Source of the DNA: a virus
Lineage: Duplodnaviria > Caudoviricetes
IMG/VR virus record: IMGVR_UViG_3300025645_000384
Span: 1 to 26,653 of that record
Strand: one strand, 5' to 3'
Length of the DNA stretch: 26,653 nucleotides
The notes under the pieces were generated by a model. The model saw only the letters and a list, made by a program, of their open reading frames with translations, had not been told where the DNA came from and did no database searches. Positions 9,855 through 19,448 of this stretch are shown here, piece after piece; the stretch's first letter is position 1; each line of letters begins with the position of its first letter. The translations under genes were made by a program, and so were the position numbers.

Positions 9855-12800
9855 ATGGAAGATTTAGAAGTAATTATACAAAGAATGGTTGAAGCAGGTG
9901 AATCGGAAGAGAACATCGCTTTAGTTATAAAGAATTATAATGCAGACAAGGCTGACCAAGTAGAGGCAGCACCCGAAGTACCAAAGGAAGTAGTAGCCGA
10001 AGCGAGTGGGGACTCAACATCTCCTTCGGCAGGTACAGACTCTTCATTGGATTCCAGTGTAGATGAGGGTTTAAAAGCTAAGGACGAGGCAGCTAGGAGA
10101 ATACAAAAGAGGTATGAAGAAGCTGGTGTAACTGAGTATGAGATAAATGAGGAGGATATTAACCGTGAGGTTGAAGCTACTAACAAGGTTAAGCATATTA
10201 CAGCAAGTAATAAACCAGCTAAAAAGTTAGAGCACTGGTCAAAGGCACACTCAGGTTTTATAAAAGAGATTAACAACCCTGAGTTATATAAGCGTAAGAA
10301 AGAGTTAGAGGCAGAGATAGCGTCGAGACCTATAATGGCTAACAACACTGATATACAGTCTAAGTTAGATGAGGTCAACGCAACTATAGAGAGGATAGAC
10401 GCACCTAAGCAGTCTGAGAGCAGAAAGGCTGATATAGCAATAAAAGGATTAGAAGAAAAACAGTTTGAGCTGGAGCAAGAGGCTATGGAGGCTGCAAAGA
10501 GTAGCGACCTTTCTTATGAAGAGATTCTTACAGGGGAGGGTAACTACCAAGACATACTTAAGCAGAAGTCTAAGCTAAAGGATTCTAAGACGTTAGAGAA
10601 CGCTGTTTTAGATAAGATTAAGGAAGACACTAACTCTTCCTTTGGAACTAAAGACCTCTTTACTAACGCTGCTAGGTACTTTGGTTACTCTGATAAGTCT
10701 GAGCAGACTATAAAGCTTTCTGAGGAGGTTTCTGAGGAAATACTACTAAGTCTTACAGAGAATCAAAAGGAGAAGATGGCTAGGGGTTTTACATCCCTTG
10801 ACGAGAAGGAGGCTATAATAGGGCAAGCTAAGGGTAAGGTTATTAACAGAACCACAGAAAAGTTTAAGCAAAGGGAGAGGGATATAATTTCTAGTGACTT
10901 AGAAGACACTGAGAAGGTTAATAAGATAAAAGAAAATACAGAGGAGTATAATGGGTTTCTAGGTCAGATTGGGTATGATGTGGCAGGTGACATACTTAAC
11001 AATCAGTTTAAAAAGACCGACGCTAGAGATAACTTTAATGAGTCTGTAGTTAAGAAGGGGTTCTTAGGAGATGTTGCTACACCATTCCTTACATTCTTTG
11101 ATGAAGGTGCTAAGTTAGCACTTAAAGGGACTGCAGGTTGGGGTTCTGCGTTTGCGTCTGTAGGTGATATATTTATGTCTGACGACCACTACAGCAGCTA
11201 CGACGCCTTTGGAGATGTTGTGGGACAGTTCACAGACCAAGCGTTCTTACCAAACACTAAGGATGAGAGGTTTAGTTTAAGGAAAGAGGATGGCTCACTA
11301 AGGGTCACTCCTTTATCAGTATTAAATACTGTATCTAGAAGTGCAGGTTTTACAGTTGGTATAGCTCTTATGGCTAGGAGAGGTGGTGCTGGAAACATAG
11401 AGAGACAGTTGGGTCAGTTCATAAACCCTACAAAGAGTGTTAAGTTTACTAATGATTTAAAATTAATGGAGTCGGCTTATGGTTTGACTTTATCAGACAA
11501 CTATAGAGAGGCTAAGAGGTTGGGATTAGACGGTCTATCCGCAGCAGCTTACACTAATACCTTATCTATGATAGAGGGTATTACAGAGCCTATAATGCGT
11601 GACACCAAGTTCTTTGAGACTACTGGTGGTACTGCAATATTGAAACAATTTCAAGGAGACCTAAAAAGTGCTACTAATAGAAAACTAATTACTGAGTCTG
11701 TAAAAAGGATGAGTAAGAATGTTAAGAACGAGTTTATTGAGGAGGATATTGTACTAGCCGTACAAGACCTTACTAAGTTTATGCTTGTTGCAGAGCATGA
11801 AAACTCCGAGTTCTGGGATATTAGAAATCAATTAGAGTTAGGTATAGTTACTACAGGTATGTCTGGTATTATGGGTACTATCTCAATGAGAAATAACATT
11901 AAGGCTGATGATATTAATATATACAAAGCCATATCTAAGGATATTAATGGTGTAGTTGATAACCTTTTAAAAGCTAAGGAGGGTGCATTGACCCCAGAGG
12001 CTGCAGAGGGGTTTACTAAGACTATCGAGTGGGCTAACAACATGAACAAGGCTATTAAACTAGCTCCTGCAAATGTTACTGGTGAACAGATAGACCTTTT
12101 AATGGAGAAGGCTAACTTGGTTACAGAGATGAAGTCCTTAGACCCAGCATTCCACGCACAGTATAAGGAGAAGATTGACGCTATTGACGCTAAGATAAAC
12201 CCTTTAAATAAGAAGACTGAAGAGGGTGTAGCTAAGGCTGAGGCAGATATTGCTAAAAGGAAAGAAGAAGCCGCTAAGAAGGCAGGTAAAGAGCCTACAG
12301 CTAAACCAGAGGTTAAGAAGGACACTAAGCCTACCAAGACTGTAGAGCAGATAGAGGTTGACAGAACTGCTGAGCTAGAGGCACAGAAGGATAAACTTGA
12401 TGAGACCTACGGTGTAGATAGTAAGCAGACTGTAGGTGAGCAAATCAACGCTAAGTATGATAAGCTTGTAGCGGACAGAAAAAGAGAAGACCTTGTACCA
12501 TATAAGGCTGAGGAGGTGTCAGAGACTACAGATGCTAAGCAGTTTTCAGAGGCACAGGGTACAGCAATGGCTAATAGAAAGGCTAATAAAAAGGGAGACG
12601 ACCTACAGGTTGAGATAATGACTGAGAAGATGGCTCAGGAGATAATTGATGATGGTGGTAAGCTATTCATGACATCGGATGGTAAATCTGGTGCGTACGT
12701 TACTAATACGGGTTATATGGGCGGTCTATTTAAAGACCCTAACGTTAACCGCTCTAAGGCAGCAAAGGTACTACAAGAGGCTAGGATTAAAGCGGGTGGT

Positions 12801-15800
12801 AATCACTTTGATGCCTTTGGAATAAATACTGAGTCAGGTAAGGGTACAGATTTAGAACAAACATATATTGATTTAGGATTTAGACCTATAGCTAGGTTTG
12901 ACTTTGATGAAAACTTAGCACCTAAGGGTTGGGAGAAGACTAAGCTTAAAGAGAAGCCAGATAATGTTATATTTGTATACGACCCTAATTACAAAGCTAA
13001 GGTAGGGGAGGGTAAGAGAATGAGCCCTGATGCTTGGTATGAGGCATTAAGTAATGCTGAGAGCTTCAAGAAGGGGTCTCAAACATCTGTAGACAATATT
13101 ACCAAGGGAGCTGCTAAAGATATAGACGCTGACTTAGACGCATTCATGGGTACACCTGAGGTTGAGTCTGCAAAGGCTAAAGAATCTAGACGTGCAAATG
13201 TAAAGGTACTAGCTGACAGAGCTAAGAAGTCTTTAAGTAGGATAGCCCCTAACGTTAAAATTAAGATATACAACACAACCGCTGAGTTTGAGGCAGCCAC
13301 TGGTGATAAGAACACAGCAGGGAAGTGGAGTCCAAATAAAGGTAAGGGTGGTACTATAAGTATAAACCTTGACTACGCCACTGGGAGGACTGTAGCACAC
13401 GAAACAGTTCACGCTGTACTTGGTACTATGATAAAGTCAGATAAAGCCTTAGAGAGGCTTACAGACAAGTTCTTGGGCGTGTTAGCTAAGAATGTAGATG
13501 GTGATGTAAAGGTTGAGTTAGATAACTTTATAAACCTGTACGCTGATAAGCCAGAGGTAATGAGTGAGGAGTTCGCTGCAGAGTTGGGTGGTATGTTGGC
13601 AGACAACTACACCAAGCTTAGTAACAAGGCACAGGGTATTGTTAAGCAGTGGTTAGATACTATAGCTAAGAAGATAGGGTTGAAGGAGTTTACAGACTCT
13701 GAGATTATAGACCTACTAAACACAATAGCAGGTAAGACAGCTAAGGGTGAGGTTATCACTGAAGCTGATGTAGCAATATTAAGCGACGGAGCTGTTATAA
13801 CTGGTGAGATACCTAGTGGTATAGAAAGAAAGGGTAAGGAGAGTAAGTTTATAGATAACCTAGAGTTAGAGAGGCTACCTACCCATAAGAATATTATAGT
13901 AAAGAAGAGGTTTAATCTAAGAGACATAGCAGGTCAGGTAGCCTCATCAACACTATCAGATAAACTGGTTGCAGGTAGGCTTGGTAAGTTTCTTCTATAC
14001 GGTGGTGTAGGTTACCCTGAGGCAACAGGGCTGCTATGGGCTGCCAGTAATAAGACCAGTGCTGATAAGATAACTAATAAGATAAAGAAGAGTAAGGATG
14101 GCTTTAATTACCTAATGCCAGCTATAATGTCCAACGTATCACACATGTCTAATAAGGATATGACTGTTGTAGCCATTGAGACATTAAAGGAGGCTTCTAA
14201 AAATGGTGAGATAGACTTAGCATCTCTAACAGCATCCATAGAGAAGGCTTTTGGTAACAAGTCCTTATTAAAACTACAGGAGGGAGCTCTTAATGCTATA
14301 GAGGGTAAAACTAATATTAATGAGACACTAGACGCTCTTTTAGATTACATATTCACACCTAAGTTTACATTTGTTAAGAGAAGAAACCTTCTACAGAGTA
14401 TAATAGGGGATGCTAAGTCTCAGAAGCCTAAATACAGCACAGTTGGTACGTTTACTAAACTGGCTGGTTCATTGGCAGAGCCTTTAGTTAAGGACTCTGA
14501 GATATATGAGGTTAACGTTGTGTACAGAACAAAGGGTACACTAAGGACTGTTAAGATAGCTAAGACAGACCCTAGATACCACAAGTCGTATCCATTCGCT
14601 GTTGAGTCCTCTGAGAAGATAGAGGTGCTTCACTTAGTTGAGGGTTATAACTTAGTTGATATATTCCCTGAGTTTACTAAGGCTGACGGTGATAAGAAGT
14701 CTCTAAAGCAGGAGCTTGAGGATAAGTTAGGAGAGTACACAGAGAAGTATATAAGAACAAACCACGGTAGAACTCACGGGTTGTCTTCATACTCAGCACC
14801 TATAGTAGCAGATAAACCTATAAGAAGAGAGATGAGTCAAAGAACTGACAAGGCATCAGAAAAGTTAGTCAGCCTCTTCGACAGGGATAATGTACCATTA
14901 ACTATACCTGAGGCAAAGGAGATGGTTAATGAGGTGTTAGATTGGGCTGATTGGTATGATGGTTTATCTGGTTACGTAAATAAAGTATTTGGAGAGTATG
15001 GTTCGGATGTCTTATCTATCCTACCCCTAGCATCTATGGGTAATGGTAGTGCAGGTACTGTGACTATGGCTATAAATAATGTTGAAAAGATATATAAAGG
15101 TGAACGTCCTTCTGGGCTAGCTGAGTACTATAACTTTGTAACAGACTTCTTAGAGGGTAAGGGTATTAAGTCGGATAAGATGTACAACTTCTTTAAGGCT
15201 TTATTAGGAGACCCTAATGCTGTCGCTGTTGATATGCACGTATACTCTATAATAAAATGGAAGGACTCTAATAAAAAGCAGGTTAACCCAGCTAATAAGA
15301 AGGAGTTTGCTAAGGCTAAAGAGTTTGTAAATACCTTAGCTAAAGAATTAGGAATGCAGCCAAGAGAAGTACAAGCTTCTTTATGGGCTTTAAATATATT
15401 AAGAACAGGAGGAAAACCAGATAGTTATGAACAATACATTGAAAAACACATCAAAGAAAAGAACCTCTACCAAAGGGTCGAGAGCTGGAGAGAGCAAGGC
15501 TATAAACCATTTTCTGAAGTTCGTGAAGCAAAAGAAAGAGAGCAGATAGGGGAAAGAAAAGAGAAGAGTCAAAAGGTAGGTATAGGTTACTTTAAGAGTA
15601 AGCCTGCCGCTAATGTACGTTCTGGCAACAAGGCGTTCAGAGATGCAGTAGAGGCTAAGAGAGAGGCTAAGAGGCTTGAAAGGGAGGCTAATATTAAGAG
15701 GATTGAGAAGCTACAGAAGGAGATAGAAGGAAGTCCAGCTAAATCCGTAGAGGAGGTGGTAGAGTTCTCAAGAGACAAGGGCTACGAAGACACTGTTATA

Positions 15801-18800
15801 AAGGATGCGTTACTAAAGCGTGGTTTCTCTAAGGAACAGATAGAGACAGCACTAGCTACAATAATACCTACCGCTATAGTTAAGGGTGCAGCTAAGGCTG
15901 TAAGGGACAACAAGAAGTCCAACCTAAAGGCTGATGTAGACGCTGTAGGTATAGAGCACGTTAAGAGCACTAAGTGGTACAGAGGTCTAACAGTTAAGCA
16001 GAAGGACGCCTTAAACAAGAAGGGTATATCCAACATACTAGCTGACAAGGAGCTTGCACTTAGAAAGGGTTCACAGCCTACTAAGGCGGGTAAGAAGTTT
16101 AGAGACACGGTTAAGGATGTTACAGGTCAGACTGATACATCTGCTGAGGTTACTATGACTAAGGCTAAGCTACTTAAGGAGCAGATTAAGACTCTAGTAA
16201 GGGGAGCTAAGATGGGTGCTAAGGGTCTACAGGACTTAAAGGCATCATTCATCAAGGAGATATCTATAGAGCTAAAGTCCCTTACCAAGAGTAAGATTAT
16301 GACACTTACTGAGGCTAGGAAGGTATTAGCTGCAGTAAACCAGCTTAACTTTAAGAACTACGACAAGGTATCTGAGCTGGTAGATAAGGTTATAGCGGAG
16401 ATAGAGAACAAGGGTGTAAGAAGAGCTATAAAGCAGGTTAAGACTAGACTAAGAAAGGGAGCTAAGTCACCTAAGAACCCAGTTAACATGAGAGAGCTTG
16501 CTAAGGAGGCTGTCAAGGTAAACGAGGTGTACCTAACACCAGCAGAGAGGGTTAAGTACTCCGACTTGCTGACAGAGATACAGGCTTCGTTCAAGCTTGC
16601 TACAAGTAAGACCTACAGGATGGCTAACGAGGCTGATATGCTTAAAGCCCTAGAGGTCTTAAACCAGAAGGCTGAGGCTACTAGGTTAAAGGAGCTGGCT
16701 ACTAAGCTAGGTCTTGACGGGACAGGATTGACTAACTCTCAGTTAGTAGAGCTTGTTAACTCTGTAGACGTTGACGAGTACTTAGGTACACTAAAGAAGG
16801 AGAAGGCTAGAGAGGCTAGGATAGCCCTTGAGAAGCAGGCAGAGTATGCTAGGATAGCTTTAAACGATGTCGATGGTGATACACTAACAGAGCAGGAGAA
16901 AAAGGATGTTAGAACGCTTAAGGAGGCTAATCTAGAGCTACTAACATCTACAGACATAAGAGACCTTATAAAGATAGTTGATAACATAGTTACTAACCAG
17001 ACATTCGCATCGTCAGGTAACCTAGTGTCTAAGATTAGAAGCTATAAAGCATCTGAGAAAGCTACTGAGGTATACAACAAGGGTAACACTAAGATGATTG
17101 ATAAGAGCGTTATAACAGACTTAAAGTCTCTAGCACTTGTATTCAAATCAGTGTTCCAGAGTACTAGAGCAGCTGCTTTATTTGACAAGATATCTGGTCT
17201 TACTAACCTAGGTATAGCGTACACTAAGCACAAGAAGGCTATGAACGCACTAGCTAAGTCATACGATGAGCTATTCGCTAAGCTCCTTAAGAACCATAAG
17301 GGGTTAAACAAACCAGAGAGCACTATGTTCAGAGGTCTAGTTGCACAGCTTATACAGGGTACAACATCAGAAGACTTCGACATCAACACGTCTAGGGTTA
17401 AAGACCACATAAATAAGATAAAGAATGGTGCACAGAAGCAGTCCACTAGGTTAGGATTAGAGGTGCTAGAGGAGCAGTATGAGGCTCTTAAGGGATTAAA
17501 ATCTCAGGAGGAGGTTATAGAGTACGCCAAGGGATTAAAGGACGGTAACTGGGAGCTTGTAGAGTTCTGGATGAACCACTTTGAGTCCAACAAGGAGCCG
17601 TTAAAGTACAACACAGAGGTGGTGCACGGTAAGTCATTCGAGGAGGTTGTTGGTAACTACCTACCTATAAAGCTAAAGGCTGACGGTACAGCTACTGAGG
17701 ATGTAGACAACCAAGCGTTCTTTGATAGAAATGGACTACCTGCTACAAACCCATCTGTTACAACTATATCTAGGACTAAGACTAAGAAGCTACCACCTAA
17801 CAGGGTGTTAGATTTAGACTTTGACTCGGTGATGTTTAACAAGGCAGCTGGTGTGTCTATTGATATAGAGACCTCTGCAGCCTATAAGGATGTGTATAAC
17901 TTCTTCCACTCACCTAACATGGCTAAGATGTTTGGCACAGAGACTATAGGGGTATTCCAGAAGAAGCTTACAGAGATGAGAAAGGTTCAGCTAGGTATAG
18001 CTAGTATGGACGTAAATAAGGATGAGACTATTAAGGCGGTTAACAAGGTCGAGAGAATTTGGAAGACTATAGCTACAACTATTGGTCTAGGTTCTGTTAC
18101 CCAGTATCCTAAGCAGTATATATCTGTAGCGTTTAATGCTATGGCTCACCTAGGGACTGATAGTGGTCTTATGTTCAAGGCTATGTTCACAGATAAGTCT
18201 AAGATACCGCTACTAGATATGGTGTCTGTAAGCCTAAGGGGTGAGACTCAGGCTGGTACTATAACAGGTGGTACTAGAATATCTGAGGCTGAGAAGAAGG
18301 CTACAAAGGCTGTGGTTGGTAGGGTTGTACAGGAGACTGGTCTAGCTGCAGAGAAGGTTAGAGAGGTGCTGTTCTATTCATTAAGGAAGGGTGATGTAAA
18401 CGTAGCCAAGTCTTCTTGGATAGCGTTCTACCAGAAGTACTTGAAGGATAACAACATCACTGATGTAGATATGGCTACAGAGCATGAGAGAATGGATGAG
18501 GGCATTAGACAGGAGGCTATAGCTTACGCTGAGCTTAAGGTTGAGGAGACTCAGATTTCCTCTGATGAGTCAAGAGGGTCAGAGTTCTACCAGTCTAAGG
18601 AGACCAGTAGAGCTATCCTAAGGGGTATATTCCTACCGTACCAGTCCTTCAATATAAACTCTAAGATGAGGATGCTTACGGACATTAGAATCATTGCAGA
18701 CAAGAAGGCTGATGCTGTAGATAGAAGGGATGCAGGAGCTTCTCTACTAGGTACAGCAGCTGAGATGATAACATTTCAGACCATGAAGTACTACGTACTT

Positions 18801-19406
18801 GCTCCAATTATAGGTTTAGGTAAGGTTGCTTTAATGTCTCTATTTGGATTAGATGAACCAGAAGAGGAGGAGTGGGATGCAGAACACAAGAGTAAAGAGT
18901 TTAAGTTTAAGCAGTGGTATTCAGCACTGTCTAAGGATTTAAACCCGCTAGCTATTGGGTCGTTTGCAGAGGATATGGTTATAGAGACCTTAAACCTTAT
19001 GCAGTACTTTGCTGAGGCTAAAGATGGGGAGGCTTATGTAGACTACATTAAACGCCTACGTGATGAAGGTGGTGGTCAGATGTTCTACAGATACAAGGAC
19101 AAGGAAGAGCGTGGTAAAGGCTTCGGAGCTTCACTACTAGGTGGTGGTGGTCTGTACAGCATACCTTACTCCCAGTTTAGTGAGACCTTAGACGCCTACG
19201 AGCTTATGATGGATAATACTAGAAGAGATGATTGGGGTAACTTATTTGAGTATAACTTTACTGAGAACCAGCAGCTGATGTTAAAGTTTGCATTCGCTGC
19301 AGAGTTTATATCACTGTTTGGTCTAGGTGAGGCAGACTCCAGAAGGCTACTTAGAAAGATGCGTAAGGACGCTCAGAAGAATACAGAGAAGAAGAAGATT
19401 AATTAA
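9855..19406 (+). CDS. Giant internal virion / ejection protein of polyvalent type (GNAT-like, zincin, unknown and HhH-GPD-like modules)
   Basis: 3183-aa uninterrupted ORF. HETVH at 13398-13412 with EEFAAE at 13566-13583; K...AVAVDMHV at 15177-15242; DAF...YIDLGFRPIAR near 12810-12900. Hydrophobic Gly/Ala segments lie near both ends. Confidence 0.75.
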   Translation: MEDLEVIIQRMVEAGESEENIALVIKNYNADKADQVEAAPEVPKEVVAEASGDSTSPSAGTDSSLDSSVDEGLKAKDEAARRIQKRYEEAGVTEYEINEEDINREVEATNKVKHITASNKPAKKLEHWSKAHSGFIKEINNPELYKRKKELEAEIASRPIMANNTDIQSKLDEVNATIERIDAPKQSESRKADIAIKGLEEKQFELEQEAMEAAKSSDLSYEEILTGEGNYQDILKQKSKLKDSKTLENAVLDKIKEDTNSSFGTKDLFTNAARYFGYSDKSEQTIKLSEEVSEEILLSLTENQKEKMARGFTSLDEKEAIIGQAKGKVINRTTEKFKQRERDIISSDLEDTEKVNKIKENTEEYNGFLGQIGYDVAGDILNNQFKKTDARDNFNESVVKKGFLGDVATPFLTFFDEGAKLALKGTAGWGSAFASVGDIFMSDDHYSSYDAFGDVVGQFTDQAFLPNTKDERFSLRKEDGSLRVTPLSVLNTVSRSAGFTVGIALMARRGGAGNIERQLGQFINPTKSVKFTNDLKLMESAYGLTLSDNYREAKRLGLDGLSAAAYTNTLSMIEGITEPIMRDTKFFETTGGTAILKQFQGDLKSATNRKLITESVKRMSKNVKNEFIEEDIVLAVQDLTKFMLVAEHENSEFWDIRNQLELGIVTTGMSGIMGTISMRNNIKADDINIYKAISKDINGVVDNLLKAKEGALTPEAAEGFTKTIEWANNMNKAIKLAPANVTGEQIDLLMEKANLVTEMKSLDPAFHAQYKEKIDAIDAKINPLNKKTEEGVAKAEADIAKRKEEAAKKAGKEPTAKPEVKKDTKPTKTVEQIEVDRTAELEAQKDKLDETYGVDSKQTVGEQINAKYDKLVADRKREDLVPYKAEEVSETTDAKQFSEAQGTAMANRKANKKGDDLQVEIMTEKMAQEIIDDGGKLFMTSDGKSGAYVTNTGYMGGLFKDPNVNRSKAAKVLQEARIKAGGNHFDAFGINTESGKGTDLEQTYIDLGFRPIARFDFDENLAPKGWEKTKLKEKPDNVIFVYDPNYKAKVGEGKRMSPDAWYEALSNAESFKKGSQTSVDNITKGAAKDIDADLDAFMGTPEVESAKAKESRRANVKVLADRAKKSLSRIAPNVKIKIYNTTAEFEAATGDKNTAGKWSPNKGKGGTISINLDYATGRTVAHETVHAVLGTMIKSDKALERLTDKFLGVLAKNVDGDVKVELDNFINLYADKPEVMSEEFAAELGGMLADNYTKLSNKAQGIVKQWLDTIAKKIGLKEFTDSEIIDLLNTIAGKTAKGEVITEADVAILSDGAVITGEIPSGIERKGKESKFIDNLELERLPTHKNIIVKKRFNLRDIAGQVASSTLSDKLVAGRLGKFLLYGGVGYPEATGLLWAASNKTSADKITNKIKKSKDGFNYLMPAIMSNVSHMSNKDMTVVAIETLKEASKNGEIDLASLTASIEKAFGNKSLLKLQEGALNAIEGKTNINETLDALLDYIFTPKFTFVKRRNLLQSIIGDAKSQKPKYSTVGTFTKLAGSLAEPLVKDSEIYEVNVVYRTKGTLRTVKIAKTDPRYHKSYPFAVESSEKIEVLHLVEGYNLVDIFPEFTKADGDKKSLKQELEDKLGEYTEKYIRTNHGRTHGLSSYSAPIVADKPIRREMSQRTDKASEKLVSLFDRDNVPLTIPEAKEMVNEVLDWADWYDGLSGYVNKVFGEYGSDVLSILPLASMGNGSAGTVTMAINNVEKIYKGERPSGLAEYYNFVTDFLEGKGIKSDKMYNFFKALLGDPNAVAVDMHVYSIIKWKDSNKKQVNPANKKEFAKAKEFVNTLAKELGMQPREVQASLWALNILRTGGKPDSYEQYIEKHIKEKNLYQRVESWREQGYKPFSEVREAKEREQIGERKEKSQKVGIGYFKSKPAANVRSGNKAFRDAVEAKREAKRLEREANIKRIEKLQKEIEGSPAKSVEEVVEFSRDKGYEDTVIKDALLKRGFSKEQIETALATIIPTAIVKGAAKAVRDNKKSNLKADVDAVGIEHVKSTKWYRGLTVKQKDALNKKGISNILADKELALRKGSQPTKAGKKFRDTVKDVTGQTDTSAEVTMTKAKLLKEQIKTLVRGAKMGAKGLQDLKASFIKEISIELKSLTKSKIMTLTEARKVLAAVNQLNFKNYDKVSELVDKVIAEIENKGVRRAIKQVKTRLRKGAKSPKNPVNMRELAKEAVKVNEVYLTPAERVKYSDLLTEIQASFKLATSKTYRMANEADMLKALEVLNQKAEATRLKELATKLGLDGTGLTNSQLVELVNSVDVDEYLGTLKKEKAREARIALEKQAEYARIALNDVDGDTLTEQEKKDVRTLKEANLELLTSTDIRDLIKIVDNIVTNQTFASSGNLVSKIRSYKASEKATEVYNKGNTKMIDKSVITDLKSLALVFKSVFQSTRAAALFDKISGLTNLGIAYTKHKKAMNALAKSYDELFAKLLKNHKGLNKPESTMFRGLVAQLIQGTTSEDFDINTSRVKDHINKIKNGAQKQSTRLGLEVLEEQYEALKGLKSQEEVIEYAKGLKDGNWELVEFWMNHFESNKEPLKYNTEVVHGKSFEEVVGNYLPIKLKADGTATEDVDNQAFFDRNGLPATNPSVTTISRTKTKKLPPNRVLDLDFDSVMFNKAAGVSIDIETSAAYKDVYNFFHSPNMAKMFGTETIGVFQKKLTEMRKVQLGIASMDVNKDETIKAVNKVERIWKTIATTIGLGSVTQYPKQYISVAFNAMAHLGTDSGLMFKAMFTDKSKIPLLDMVSVSLRGETQAGTITGGTRISEAEKKATKAVVGRVVQETGLAAEKVREVLFYSLRKGDVNVAKSSWIAFYQKYLKDNNITDVDMATEHERMDEGIRQEAIAYAELKVEETQISSDESRGSEFYQSKETSRAILRGIFLPYQSFNINSKMRMLTDIRIIADKKADAVDRRDAGASLLGTAAEMITFQTMKYYVLAPIIGLGKVALMSLFGLDEPEEEEWDAEHKSKEFKFKQWYSALSKDLNPLAIGSFAEDMVIETLNLMQYFAEAKDGEAYVDYIKRLRDEGGGQMFYRYKDKEERGKGFGASLLGGGGLYSIPYSQFSETLDAYELMMDNTRRDDWGNLFEYNFTENQQLMLKFAFAAEFISLFGLGEADSRRLLRKMRKDAQKNTEKKKIN

Positions 19407-19409
19407 ACT

Positions 19410-19448
19410 AAAAAACCCCCAACCAATTAAGGAAGGGGGTTTCTTTTT
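19410..19448. terminator. Bidirectional intrinsic terminator between the convergent arms
   Basis: AAAAAACCCCC-aaccaattaaggaa-GGGGGTTTCTTTTT between stops at 19406 (+) and 19447 (-). Confidence 0.85.

Noticed and set aside
9676-9867. 63-aa alternative-frame ORF with SLLQI repeats
   Set aside because: It is the 15-bp tandem repeat read in another frame inside the 530-aa gene.
17811-17825. DLDFD in the giant protein as a virion RNA polymerase DxDxD motif
   Set aside because: The context RVLDLDFDSV lacks the preceding Gly and following Lys-type pattern of crAss RNAP (GxDFDIDK), and the surroundings look helical. A structure search would settle it.
2367-17842. Numerous minus-strand ORFs over the structural arm
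   Set aside because: They lie wholly opposite long, coherent + strand genes and are Ser/Leu-rich shadows of codon bias.
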